64,000 nt of DNA, from positions 128,001 through 192,000 of the IMG/VR virus record IMGVR_UViG_3300028886_000037; one strand, written 5' to 3'. The notes below the pieces were generated by a model. That model worked only from the letters and a program-made list of their open reading frames with translations, was not told where the DNA came from and did not search any database. This document shows, one piece after another, positions 24,706 to 33,517 of the stretch. This DNA comes from a virus (taxonomy: Duplodnaviria; Caudoviricetes). A program made the translations under genes and the position numbers. Each line of letters begins with the position of its first letter. The first letter of the stretch is position 1.

Positions 24706-24788
24706 TAGCCGAGGAGAGACTCGAACTCTCACGAGGTTGCCCTCCATGAATTTTAAGTTCACTGCGTCTTCCGTTCCGCCACTCGGCC
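24706..24788 (-). tRNA. tRNA-Leu(TAA)
   Basis: CT TAA AA loop, long variable arm. Confidence 0.9.
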
Positions 24789-24794
24789 AGATTC

Positions 24795-24986
24795 TTAGAA
24801 GAACTGGCGTTGTAACTTGAGCTGGCGCTTCTCAGCTTCGATCTTGTTTCGTTCCTTCTTGACCTTTCCGAGATCGATGCCTGCCTGCTTAGCGAAGCTC
24901 AGAGCCTTCTTTGACTGCTTAGCCCAGCGAGCGTTCTTCTGTTCCATCGTCTCTTCGACTCGTTCTTTCTTTTCCTTCGGTTTCAT
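24795..24986 (-). CDS. small basic protein
   Basis: 63-aa Lys/Arg-rich ORF, GGAG RBS, late promoter. Confidence 0.6.
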   Translation of the reverse strand: MKPKEKKERVEETMEQKNARWAKQSKKALSFAKQAGIDLGKVKKERNKIEAEKRQLKLQRQFF

Positions 24987-25019
24987 AAGATCTCCAAGTT
25001 TTTAGTGTTGTATTTATAG

Positions 25020-25091
25020 TGCGGGTGGCGGGGTTCGAACCCACGACTCGAAGATTAAAATTTAGTACTCTACCAACTGAGTTACACCCAC
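25020..25091 (-). pseudogene. tRNA-Lys(TTT) with broken anticodon stem
   Basis: acceptor, D and T arms intact; CTAAA cannot pair with TCTTC. Confidence 0.7.
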
Positions 25092-25200
25092 GAGTTCTGC
25101 TTCTTTATCCAAGGGATGCAGACAGACCTTGTACGATGAACGGCAGTTTGGTGTGAGCTCGTTCGGGGTATCATGTGAGCTCATTGCCGTTCGCTCATAG

Positions 25201-25280
25201 TACGCCAGGCGGGCTTCGAACCCGCATTTGCAGCTCCAGTTACGGCTAACGGATTAGAAGTCCGACCCGGCTACTGGCGT
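25201..25280 (-). ncRNA. D-armless tRNA-Arg(TCT)-like RNA
   Basis: acceptor, anticodon and T arms present; D-loop-like AACTGGA hairpin in the variable position. Confidence 0.7.
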
Positions 25281-25289
25281 ATGTGTTTC

Positions 25290-25574
25290 TTAGACGCGAG
25301 ATCGAATCTTCTTGAGATCGAACTTCATCGCGGGATAGGTGCAGAAGCCAGAGAAGCCGCAGACTTCGTCGAGTTCTTCAGCTACGCCGTCTTCCGTGAG
25401 AACTTTCACGATGTCGGGCCAGTTGTTGTCGTCAACGAAAGCGCAGTCTTTGGGGAGCTTTTCGCTCTGCCCTTGCAGATAGACGGTAGCGACGCCGTAA
25501 GGACTGCCATCGTCGTTGTTCGCCATCACAGCTAGAGTCTGGCCGTAGTCGTATTTCGATCTTACCCATTCCAT
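25290..25574 (-). CDS. DUF4313-like protein
   Basis: AFVDDNN..SGFCTYP..F motif. Confidence 0.7.
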   Translation of the reverse strand: MEWVRSKYDYGQTLAVMANNDDGSPYGVATVYLQGQSEKLPKDCAFVDDNNWPDIVKVLTEDGVAEELDEVCGFSGFCTYPAMKFDLKKIRSRV

Positions 25575-25577
25575 GTG

Positions 25578-25919
25578 TTAGTCCTCCAAGAAGTCTTCGA
25601 AGTGTTCTTCAGTGACCGGTTCCACGTACTCGTAATTGTCGGAGTGAACCGTAGTGCCGAGGAAGGTCTTGAAGTTGTTGGACCAGAAGCTGTCGCCGTC
25701 CACGTAAGCGTAGTACTTCGGGAAGCAGCCGACCTTCTGGTAGACGTGCTTCATGAGAGCCTTGCCCTCATCCACGTCCTTGACCGTAGCTTCGATTGCG
25801 TCATCTTGGCAGATAACTCCGAGCCAGGTCATGCGGGCAGTCGGATTGACTTCTTTAGCCGCAGCCTGAAGTTCTTTGAGGTGATTGGTTTTGCCGATGA
25901 AGACGATTCGAAAAAGCAT
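25578..25919 (-). CDS. hypothetical early protein
   Basis: ORF after early promoter. Confidence 0.65.
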   Translation of the reverse strand: MLFRIVFIGKTNHLKELQAAAKEVNPTARMTWLGVICQDDAIEATVKDVDEGKALMKHVYQKVGCFPKYYAYVDGDSFWSNNFKTFLGTTVHSDNYEYVEPVTEEHFEDFLED

Positions 25920-26018
25920 AGCTTATTTCCTTGTTGAAGGTTTATCTCTTTTACATTGTAATTATAGCTTTTTCTCGACGTTTTGTAAACCCCAAAAATG
26001 AAGTTTTTTTCAAAATAG

Positions 26019-26091
26019 TCAGCGTGAGTGGGAACGATCCACTGACCTCACCGCCCCGAACGGTGCGCTCTACCAGCTGAGCTACACGCTG
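26019..26091 (-). tRNA. tRNA-Pro(CGG)
   Basis: CACCG-TT CGG GG-CGGTG. Confidence 0.9.
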
Positions 26092-26098
26092 AAATTAG

Positions 26099-26174
26099 CT
26101 GGGAAGGCAGGATTCGAACCTGCGATTTCTAGGGCATTACAGTGCCGTGGCATACCAGACTTGCCGACAACCCA
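26099..26174 (-). pseudogene. aberrant tRNA (Gln-like body, 6-nt CTGTAA loop)
   Basis: D and T arms present; mismatched acceptor. Confidence 0.55.
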
Positions 26175-26180
26175 ATGTAG

Positions 26181-26255
26181 TGGAGACGAAGGGAATCGAA
26201 CCCTTCACAGCCTGATTGCAAGTCAAGCTCGCCATCCTTGGTAACATGCATCCCC
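26181..26255 (-). tRNA. tRNA-Ala(TGC) copy 2, atypical D arm
   Basis: GGGGATG/CGTCTCC-A; CT TGC AA. Confidence 0.75.
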
Positions 26256-26259
26256 ATAG

Positions 26260-26342
26260 TCGGTACGGAAGGACTCGAACCTTCACGCCTTGCGGCATTC
26301 GATTTTGAATCGAACGTGTCTACCCTATTCCACCACGTACCG
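26260..26342 (-). tRNA. tRNA-Leu(CAA)
   Basis: TTCGA-TT CAA AA-TCGAA. Confidence 0.9.
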
Positions 26343-26404
26343 ATAAAGATAAAGCCGAATTGTCAATATGCAGATCTGCTTCACGAGCCGATCTTGTAGG
26401 TATC

Positions 26405-26439
26405 AAAAGAAAAAGAGGAAGTCGAACTGACTTCCTCTT
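26405..26439 (-). terminator. intrinsic terminator with a competing antiterminator
   Basis: AAGAGGAAGTC-AGTTC-GACTTCCTCTT-TTTCTTTT. Confidence 0.8.
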
Positions 26440-26466
26440 GAAATTTCGATACCAGATGGAAGTCAG

Positions 26467-26598
26467 CTATGGACTGATTGGCTTTGCTGCGATGTTGTTG
26501 TCTCTGCAGGCCAATTCAAAATCGAGTCCGCTATTCGGCGCAACAGCCAATTTGTAGTTGGCTTTGCCTTGATAAGATGTGATAGCGGTCAATTTCAT
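26467..26598 (-). CDS. 43-aa candidate leader peptide (not in ORF track)
   Basis: MKLTAITSYQGKANYKLAVAPNSGLDFELACRDNNIAAKPISP; stop abuts the antiterminator. Confidence 0.5.
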   Translation of the reverse strand: MKLTAITSYQGKANYKLAVAPNSGLDFELACRDNNIAAKPISP

Positions 26599-26692
26599 TT
26601 TTGTGTCCAGTGCTGTTTCCAGCTTGTTACGTTTTATTTATACGACAATATAGATAACTTTTTGTGCTTTTCGATGTAAAACTTTGTTTACA

Positions 26693-27121
26693 TTACTTGA
26701 CGGCGTAGATTCCAGCTTCCTTGAGCAGCTGTAGTGCAGACTCTAGCTCTTTGCTCTCAGTCTTTTGCGTTTGCGGCTGCTGCTGAGACTGTTGCGTCTG
26801 CTGCCCCTGTTGCTGTGCGGGCTTCTGCTCAGCTGCCTTCTTGACGTAGTCTATGACCTGCAGAGAGCCGTCGAACTTCTTTACGTCCTTCGGATTCTTC
26901 TGATCCTGAACGACATACGTGATGTCGCTGTTAGCGGTCATAGCGCTCACCTTGTAGATGACAGTGAATCGATCATTGAGGACTACGCCCTCTGCTACCT
27001 TCGTTCCCTTCGGCTTTACTTTGATTCCGGCCTTCTTAGCGTCAACGCATACAGCGTTGATCATATTTGCCATGAGGAACTGGACTGGATCTTTCTTGAA
27101 CTTGTCTACGTTGACGTGCAT
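26693..27121 (-). CDS. late protein with Gln-rich linker, candidate internal head protein
   Basis: SALQLLKEAG motif; TATAAATA at 27150. Confidence 0.6.
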   Translation of the reverse strand: MHVNVDKFKKDPVQFLMANMINAVCVDAKKAGIKVKPKGTKVAEGVVLNDRFTVIYKVSAMTANSDITYVVQDQKNPKDVKKFDGSLQVIDYVKKAAEQKPAQQQGQQTQQSQQQPQTQKTESKELESALQLLKEAGIYAVK

Positions 27122-27193
27122 TTGAAAACCTCTTTAGATTTGTACTTGTTATTTATAGAAAAAAGACTCTCAGTTTCCCGAGAGTCTTGATAG

Positions 27194-27266
27194 CAGCGCC
27201 TACCGGAGTCGAACCGGTGTTACAGCCTTGAGAGGGCCGTGTCCTAGGCCACTAGACGAAGGCGCC
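27194..27266 (-). tRNA. tRNA-Glu(CTC) copy 2
   Basis: CGGCC-CT CTC AA-GGCTG. Confidence 0.9.
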
Positions 27267-27342
27267 GTAGCGAGATCAGTGTTGTTGCACTTACTTCACC
27301 TGTGCGGTACATCGCAGCCTTTTCAACTTTATCTCTTTGTAG

Positions 27343-27415
27343 TGACCAAGCCGGGAGTCGAACCCGGAGGTGCGGCTTAGAAGGCCGCTCGTTTATCCAG
27401 TTAACGGACCTGGCC
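27343..27415 (-). tRNA. tRNA-Arg(TCT)
   Basis: GCGGC-CT TCT AA-GCCGC. Confidence 0.9.
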
Positions 27416-27563
27416 ATATTGTTCCGCGACGGTCATCGTTCATGGGCATGCAGCATTACCAGTTTCGTCCATTGGCAGTTCTCGTTGGCGGAACGATCAT
27501 AATATAGAAAAGAAGTTCACCTTCGTAAACCCCTTCTCCATATTTTTTTAGTAGGCTCACCGG

Positions 27564-28190
27564 TTAGTAGTTCGAGATCTGACGGAACTTGTTAGTCGCC
27601 CACTTCGCGTAGAAGTACACGAACACGTCGATCTTGGACTTCATGATAGCCTGACCGAGCATCAAGAGATACGCGTAGAACTTCAGGATGCGGCGCCAGA
27701 ATGCCTTCTCGTCGACTAGAACCTGATCCTTCTTCCAGCTCTTGTTCTTCAAGCAGTTGGTAGCAGAAGTGAGGTACTCGTACACGCAGAGACGATTCTC
27801 GAATGTCATCGTGTAGTTGTCTTCGAAAATCTCATCTTCGTTGAACTGGTCCGGATGTACGCCTAGCAGAATCATCATCTCGGTAGCGAAGATCAGAGCG
27901 TCTTCGAACTCTTCCTTGACGTGTTCCCAGTTGCCCTCAGACTCAGCCATCTTCATCTCGCCGAGCTCTTCCATGACGCGCTGTGAGAGGATCTTGATGA
28001 TGAGCTGGTCGCGGGTGTTGTTGATGTCCAAGTTGCGGTGGATGTTGTATGGATTCTGCGGATCGTTCTCACCTTCGATCTTCACGTAAGCGTCGATGAG
28101 GCTGTCCTGCATCTTGAACATGCCAGCGATGATGCCCTGGTCCATGTACTTGACATACTCTTTGTTGTCTTTGTAGTCTGAAACGTTCAT
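27564..28190 (-). CDS. all-alpha NTP pyrophosphohydrolase (dCTPase/dUTPase-like)
   Basis: EELGE..KEEFEDALIF..LKNKSWK. Confidence 0.75.
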   Translation of the reverse strand: MNVSDYKDNKEYVKYMDQGIIAGMFKMQDSLIDAYVKIEGENDPQNPYNIHRNLDINNTRDQLIIKILSQRVMEELGEMKMAESEGNWEHVKEEFEDALIFATEMMILLGVHPDQFNEDEIFEDNYTMTFENRLCVYEYLTSATNCLKNKSWKKDQVLVDEKAFWRRILKFYAYLLMLGQAIMKSKIDVFVYFYAKWATNKFRQISNY

Positions 28191-28229
28191 TTTAGTTTTC
28201 CTTTCAAAAGTTAAGTAAAGCTTGTCTTC

Positions 28230-28784
28230 TTAGGCGAATGCGCCTGTTCCAAAATCTAGAATTTTCTTTACGTTCGCGGTATTCTCAATAGTCGCTTCGA
28301 ACCAGCCGTCAAACTTCTTGTAGTCAGAGTCCTTCGTCCAGTCGAAGATGAACAGAGGTCTGCCCTTGCAAGCGAGTTCGTTCTCGGTGAAGATCGTGTA
28401 CAGATCACGCAGCTTGTCGATGTTGTCGATGATGCCGTCCATCTGCTCGCGATCGCCAAAGTTCTTCACGGTGTCCATAGACGGGCATGCGTAGATGAAC
28501 ATGTCGATCTGAGAGAGGAAGTGATCCTTGTCGATGTACTCATCGTCAAATCGATCAGCGCCACGGAGAACGATGCCGTTCGTGAACTCTTCGATGATAG
28601 AGAATCTGTCGAACACGGACTTCTTGCCGTTGTTGAGATTTTCTTCTAGATAGTCAAGAACTTCTTTTGTCTGCATCTTCGGTCCGCCCTTTGATCGGAC
28701 GTACTCGAAACCGAACTTGTCGGCGATATGATTAGCCAAAGAAGTCTTGCCTGAATTGTCGCAACCGTATACTACTACATTCAT
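28230..28784 (-). CDS. dNMP (thymidylate-like) kinase
   Basis: P-loop GCDNSGKT; DRF. Confidence 0.85.
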   Translation of the reverse strand: MNVVVYGCDNSGKTSLANHIADKFGFEYVRSKGGPKMQTKEVLDYLEENLNNGKKSVFDRFSIIEEFTNGIVLRGADRFDDEYIDKDHFLSQIDMFIYACPSMDTVKNFGDREQMDGIIDNIDKLRDLYTIFTENELACKGRPLFIFDWTKDSDYKKFDGWFEATIENTANVKKILDFGTGAFA

Positions 28785-28873
28785 AAGTTTACCTTCTTTT
28801 GAAGTTAAATATAATCATTTATAGAACACAAAAATTCCGCCCTTGCGAGCGGAACTTCTAGTGGAAGATCAGA

Positions 28874-29563
28874 TTAGAAGATCGTGTCTTCGAAGTCCTT
28901 GCGGTAAGCGTGGAGCGAGAACACAGTCTGCTGGAAGTTTCCTACCTTCATGCCGACTTTCTCTGCTACGTACTCGAGTAGACGGATAGAGAGGTACACG
29001 TCATTGCAGAAGTGAGTGTAGATGTCGCAGGAGCGCATCACGTTGTGCATGTTGAGCTTTCCGCCACGATAGAAGAAGTGATAGCCAAGAGTGCAGGGAC
29101 AACGGCCAACTCCAGTGAACTTGTCTGGATCTTCGTTCGGATCCCACATCGAGAGCCAAGCCTGACGAGTCATCGGGTCGTTCTTGAGACACTGGATGAT
29201 CTTGTCTAGCTGCTTGTTGCGATGGTAGCGCTCGTTGTAAGTGTAGCTCTGCTTGCCGTTCATCAGGAACTCAGTCCAGACTTCAGCTCTGAGCTTCCAA
29301 GCTTCACCTGGGTTCATGTCCTCAGGTGCGATACGTTCGAGAAACTCAGCGTCTGCCCACGGCTGCGTAACGCCAGTGATGTCGGAGGACTTAGCGTTCT
29401 GGAGAACCCATGAGTAGTTCTGGATCTCCTTGGTCTCGAACATCGGGTTCTTCTCGATGTCCTTGTTCTGGTAGGTTTTAGTGTGAACGGAGATGCCGTT
29501 CTCAGACACATCGCGCTTGATTTCGCCGTATGCGTCTTTCCAGTTAGCGTAGATTCTTGCCAT
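28874..29563 (-). CDS. thymidylate synthase-family enzyme of the dCMP hydroxymethylase type
   Basis: PCT; MRSCDIYTHFCND with Asp at the dCMP-specificity position; SLHAY. Confidence 0.8.
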   Translation of the reverse strand: MARIYANWKDAYGEIKRDVSENGISVHTKTYQNKDIEKNPMFETKEIQNYSWVLQNAKSSDITGVTQPWADAEFLERIAPEDMNPGEAWKLRAEVWTEFLMNGKQSYTYNERYHRNKQLDKIIQCLKNDPMTRQAWLSMWDPNEDPDKFTGVGRCPCTLGYHFFYRGGKLNMHNVMRSCDIYTHFCNDVYLSIRLLEYVAEKVGMKVGNFQQTVFSLHAYRKDFEDTIF

Positions 29564-29671
29564 GTTAGTTATTCCTTATAAGGTTGCTTAAAATATAGTC
29601 ATTCTAGCAATAGAAAAAATTTCGCACCAAGAACGGGTAGACTTGATGCGAAATTGTGCAACATGTTGCAC

Positions 29672-29872
29672 TTATCGGTTAGATAGGATCTTAGATGCGC
29701 CAAAGACAGCTAATGCTCCGACGAGCGCTGATATGACGATCTTTCGGAAGATGTGCCTAGATTCCTTAGGTTCATCCCGATTCTGAGATTTGAGATCCTG
29801 ATATTCTTCTTTCGAGCCCACGAACGCGAAGCTCGGAGTGTCGAACATACTTTCATCACTTTCTGCAGTCAT
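29672..29872 (-). CDS. small membrane protein
   Basis: C-terminal hydrophobic helix. Confidence 0.55.
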   Translation of the reverse strand: MTAESDESMFDTPSFAFVGSKEEYQDLKSQNRDEPKESRHIFRKIVISALVGALAVFGASKILSNR

Positions 29873-29884
29873 TTTTGTCTCCTT

Positions 29885-30382
29885 TTAGAATTGATCTTTG
29901 TACTTCTTGTTAGGTTCGCCTTCGTTGATCCAGCCATTGACCTTGTCGTCCCATAGCTCGCTAAGGAAGCAGATCAGGCCGACGATCGGAATGCCGATGA
30001 TGAGTGCTACAATGATGAATCCAGCGATCGTTCCGACTATCCACAGAATTCCGAGCACCACGTAGAGGACTCCAGAGACTCCGAAGACGTTCTTGAGCTT
30101 GTTCGACTCTTCCCAGGCGTCGAAGTCCTGGCAGCTCATTCCCTTCTCGATGTAGTACTTGTCATCACGATTCTTGTCGAACTTGACTATCGCGTAGAGG
30201 TCAGTCTTTCCGTCGACGGTGATGACCTTCTCGGTCTTGCACTCTGGCATGTGAGCGAAGTAGCGTCCCTCGTTGTATACGTTGTAGCAAGCGAGAACGA
30301 CAGCTCCGACCAATAAAATGTAGAGGATCGGCTGACAGATCCACTTGATAGAGAATCTCAAAACTTTCTTGAACTTGCGCAT
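29885..30382 (-). CDS. membrane protein
   Basis: TM-loop-TM; similar layout to the next gene. Confidence 0.65.
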   Translation of the reverse strand: MRKFKKVLRFSIKWICQPILYILLVGAVVLACYNVYNEGRYFAHMPECKTEKVITVDGKTDLYAIVKFDKNRDDKYYIEKGMSCQDFDAWEESNKLKNVFGVSGVLYVVLGILWIVGTIAGFIIVALIIGIPIVGLICFLSELWDDKVNGWINEGEPNKKYKDQF

Positions 30383-30816
30383 TATGCTTCCTCCTCTTCG
30401 TCTTCAGTGTTTAGCCATTCGAGTAGTTTCTTGAACGCGGTGATGATTCCTCCGACGATCAACACGATCAGAGCTACGATCTCGACTAGCAAGAAGATTC
30501 CCCAGCAGATCCATGCAGTTTCTCCGTATTGTTCGATCATCTTAGGGTTAGCGTTGTACTCAGCGCAAGTGCTGTAAGACTTGATCTTCGTGATCGAAGC
30601 TCCATCTTCGGAGACTTCATAGGCTCGAAGCTCTCCGTCTTGGGTGCATAAAGGATCCTTACGGAGCTCGACGCACGTGCGGTGTTCCGCTTCTACCTCT
30701 GGAGCTGTAAAGACCATATAAGGGCCGATATTGAGCAAAAGAACAGCTATCGTGCAGATCGCGATGACTATCTTGTGCCGCTTGTTGAATTTGTGTGTAC
30801 ATCTCAGCGATGACAT
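30382..30816 (-). CDS. membrane protein
   Basis: TM-loop-TM. Confidence 0.65.
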   Translation of the reverse strand: MSSLRCTHKFNKRHKIVIAICTIAVLLLNIGPYMVFTAPEVEAEHRTCVELRKDPLCTQDGELRAYEVSEDGASITKIKSYSTCAEYNANPKMIEQYGETAWICWGIFLLVEIVALIVLIVGGIITAFKKLLEWLNTEDEEEEA

Positions 30817-30852
30817 TGTTACCTCTCGGTTTGAGTGAAATATAGAATTTCT

Positions 30853-31308
30853 CTACCATTCCTCTTTTCGCGCTACGGGAGTGTAGCGTTGAGGACCTGG
30901 CTGATAGTTAGACTTCTTGTTGCGGTCACGCCAACTAGGAAGCTGGTCGTGACTTGTGAGATGGAACTGGCCGCAGAGCTTGCAGAAGTACACGTACTTC
31001 TCTTTGCGGTCTTCATAGCCGTTCTGCTTGCTGCGGTTGCACATCAGGAGGGCATATTCCGCATCTTCCTTCTTCTTGTAGCCGATCTTTCCTGACGGAC
31101 AAGTCGAGTTCTCTTTCATCTCGGCTACGGGAATGAAGCCAGTCGCCTGATTAGCCTCTTCGCGACGCCATTCGCGAATCTTGGCTTCACGAGCGGGAAT
31201 CACTCGAGTTCTGAAGCAGTTGTCGCAGCAGACGCCTTCCGTGATCGGATCGGCTTTGCGGAAGTAGTGTTTGAGGAGGAATCCACAGATAGAGCAGTTT
31301 TGGGCCAT
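30853..31308 (-). CDS. double zinc-finger protein
   Basis: CSICG..CCDNC..RVIPAR; C..K..Y..YFCKLCGQFHLTS. Confidence 0.7.
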   Translation of the reverse strand: MAQNCSICGFLLKHYFRKADPITEGVCCDNCFRTRVIPAREAKIREWRREEANQATGFIPVAEMKENSTCPSGKIGYKKKEDAEYALLMCNRSKQNGYEDRKEKYVYFCKLCGQFHLTSHDQLPSWRDRNKKSNYQPGPQRYTPVARKEEW

Positions 31309-31380
31309 TTTTGAGTTTTTCTGTTTTTAAGGTGAAAAAGAAGCTGCACCCTCTGGTCTGGGTGCAGCGGGAGGAAAGGC

Positions 31381-32280
31381 TTATGCAGCCTTGGCAGCCT
31401 TCTTAGCGGCCTTCTTGTCAGCCTTGCGCTGTTCGAAGTAAGCCTTGATGGCTTCCAGCTTGTCGTGGCGAGTCTTGTCGTCCATAGCTTCGGCGATCGC
31501 CTGCTGCGGGAACATCTTGACTTCCACGACCTTGACGTTGGCGTTGGCCGGGATCTCAGCGCGACCCTGCCATTCCTGACGCTTCTTGGTGATGATGTCG
31601 GCGTCAGCTTCGACGTAGACGTAGTAGGTGAGAGATTCAGATCCGTCCTTCTTGTGGCGCATCAGAGTGGTGTGAGTGCCGATGAGAGACTTCATGTAGC
31701 CGTTGTAGGCGCTGATGAGAGTATCTTCGGTAGCGTCGATGAGCTGGTCACAGAAGCGGATGAACTCGGCTTCGAATTCGAACTTCTGACGACGGAGAGC
31801 GAGGATGACCGTCTTGACCTCTTCGTTCTTGATATACGGCATCAAGTCGTTGAAGGAGACAGAGTCGATGAGACGCATGTGATTGATCTTGATGGACTTC
31901 ATGTTGAAGTTGCCGCCGATGGACTTGTAGTACCACATGCGCTTGGAGTTCTTGTAAGTGTGGAAGTCCGGGTTGGCTTCGCGAAGATCGAAGATCTTGT
32001 TGCGGGGCTGGAGATGTTCGACGCCGTTAGCGAGAATATCGTAGTAGCGGGGACGGCCGAGAGTGTTAGCTTCGTTGAACTGAGTTTCGTTGTCGATGAC
32101 CAGATCGACGATGGACTGGAACTTAGCCATGCCCACGGTCTTCGGGATAGAGATGGCGCAGTTGCGCGGCCATTCAGAGTTGCGGAGGAAGCCACTGTAG
32201 GTCTTGTTCTTGAGACCGCGATAGTGGAGGTTGAAGGTTGCACCAGACTTGGTTTCGATGTTGTTGTCCCAGATATTCAT
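31381..32280 (-). CDS. hypothetical early protein
   Basis: own early promoter and terminator; strongly biased codon usage. Confidence 0.75.
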   Translation of the reverse strand: MNIWDNNIETKSGATFNLHYRGLKNKTYSGFLRNSEWPRNCAISIPKTVGMAKFQSIVDLVIDNETQFNEANTLGRPRYYDILANGVEHLQPRNKIFDLREANPDFHTYKNSKRMWYYKSIGGNFNMKSIKINHMRLIDSVSFNDLMPYIKNEEVKTVILALRRQKFEFEAEFIRFCDQLIDATEDTLISAYNGYMKSLIGTHTTLMRHKKDGSESLTYYVYVEADADIITKKRQEWQGRAEIPANANVKVVEVKMFPQQAIAEAMDDKTRHDKLEAIKAYFEQRKADKKAAKKAAKAA

Positions 32281-32445
32281 AGTTGATCCTTTTGAGGGAG
32301 GTTAGTTTTGTTTACGCAGTAAATATAGGTATTCCTTTGAGAAATCTAAACCCTATTTTTAGAAAAATCTCAATTTTTTTCTGCAACACAAGAAAAAAGC
32401 TGCCCAGTTAGGACAGCTTTTGTTAATAAGTTGTTTACAAACAGC

Positions 32446-33471
32446 TTATAGGCTGCTGATGTAAGCCTTCTTGAAGAGGAACGGGTAGTTGTCGAGCAGC
32501 TCTTCGCCGTACTCGGCTTCGAGACCGACAGCGTTCTCGGTGTAAGCGTCCACGAGCTTGATGAGATTCTGGATCGTCTCTTCCTCGTCAGCCTCTTCGT
32601 AGGTGCCGAGATCGATGCAGACATAGTTCTTGCCTGTCTGAGCGCCATACTTGACTCCACCGTCTCTCCAGTGAGCGCCCTTGAAGATCTCGCGGAGATA
32701 AGTCGGGACAGACTTGTCTTCTAGAGCAGCGTTGATCAAGTCAGCGACTTCGTCCGGATCGTAGTCGTAAGTCTTGATGAAGAGCACATCTTCCTTTGCC
32801 TCTGGCTTCTCGCCATCATATTCTCTAGCGAGATCAGCGATGTCGTTGTCTTCGTCCTTCTCCTTCACGACCTTGAAGCCCTTAGCCTCTACGATCCTCT
32901 GAGCCTCTTCGAGCTGCTCGTGAGTGATGACGCGATAGCCGTGCTTCTTAGCGACTTCGATAGCTTCGTCGATCTGGTCCTGAGTGATCACTTCGTGACT
33001 TGCAGACTTCTCAGCGATCTTGTTGACCTTGTAGCCCTCTGCCTCAACGATCTTGATAGCTTCGTCGATCATCTCCTGGGACGGCTTGCCGTCGATCTTC
33101 TCAGCCTTGCGGGCTTCGGACAGGAACTGCTGGAATGACTTGACAGGAACTGCGGTGGACTCGTTGTAGCCGATTCCAGCGCCCATGCCGTCACCCTTGA
33201 GCATGTAGTTGGCCAAGATCGTGTCGACTGCTGGAGTGGACTTAGCCGTGAGGATAGCAGTAGCGAACTTCTTAGCAGCTGGTGCAGAAGTGCCGTGGCC
33301 GATCATTTCCTTCAGGTCGGACATCAGAATGTCCTTAGCGATCTTGATGCCGCTGGAGTCAACGAGCTTGTCGAAGAAAGATCCAGCGATGTACTTCTTG
33401 CAAAGAGTAGCGATGGAGTTCTTCACGTCGCTGAGCTCTGCTTCAGTCAATGTTACTTCTTGTTCTTTCAT
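32446..33471 (-). CDS. late protein with three internal repeats, candidate internal head/core protein
   Basis: IDEAIKIVEAEGYKV / IDEAIEVAKKHGYRV / LEEAQRIVEAKGFKV; TATAAATA at 33515. Confidence 0.7.
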   Translation of the reverse strand: MKEQEVTLTEAELSDVKNSIATLCKKYIAGSFFDKLVDSSGIKIAKDILMSDLKEMIGHGTSAPAAKKFATAILTAKSTPAVDTILANYMLKGDGMGAGIGYNESTAVPVKSFQQFLSEARKAEKIDGKPSQEMIDEAIKIVEAEGYKVNKIAEKSASHEVITQDQIDEAIEVAKKHGYRVITHEQLEEAQRIVEAKGFKVVKEKDEDNDIADLAREYDGEKPEAKEDVLFIKTYDYDPDEVADLINAALEDKSVPTYLREIFKGAHWRDGGVKYGAQTGKNYVCIDLGTYEEADEEETIQNLIKLVDAYTENAVGLEAEYGEELLDNYPFLFKKAYISSL

Positions 33472-33517
33472 TTTAGAAACTCTCCTATGTGTTCGAACTT
33501 TAGGTTTCTATTGATAT

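Noticed and set aside
26260-26342. Suppressor or Sec tRNA (TCA) and stop-codon recoding
   Set aside because: The loop registers as TT CAA AA (Leu); genes are intact in the standard code.
27270-27336. Eleventh ACAGCA-scaffold RNA or SRP RNA
   Set aside because: Has a GAGAT/ATCTC stem but no ACAGCA motif, and the SRP domain IV consensus is not matched.
14000-27500. Short ORFs called across the tRNA array
   Set aside because: They overlap tRNA and ncRNA structures and lack coding features.
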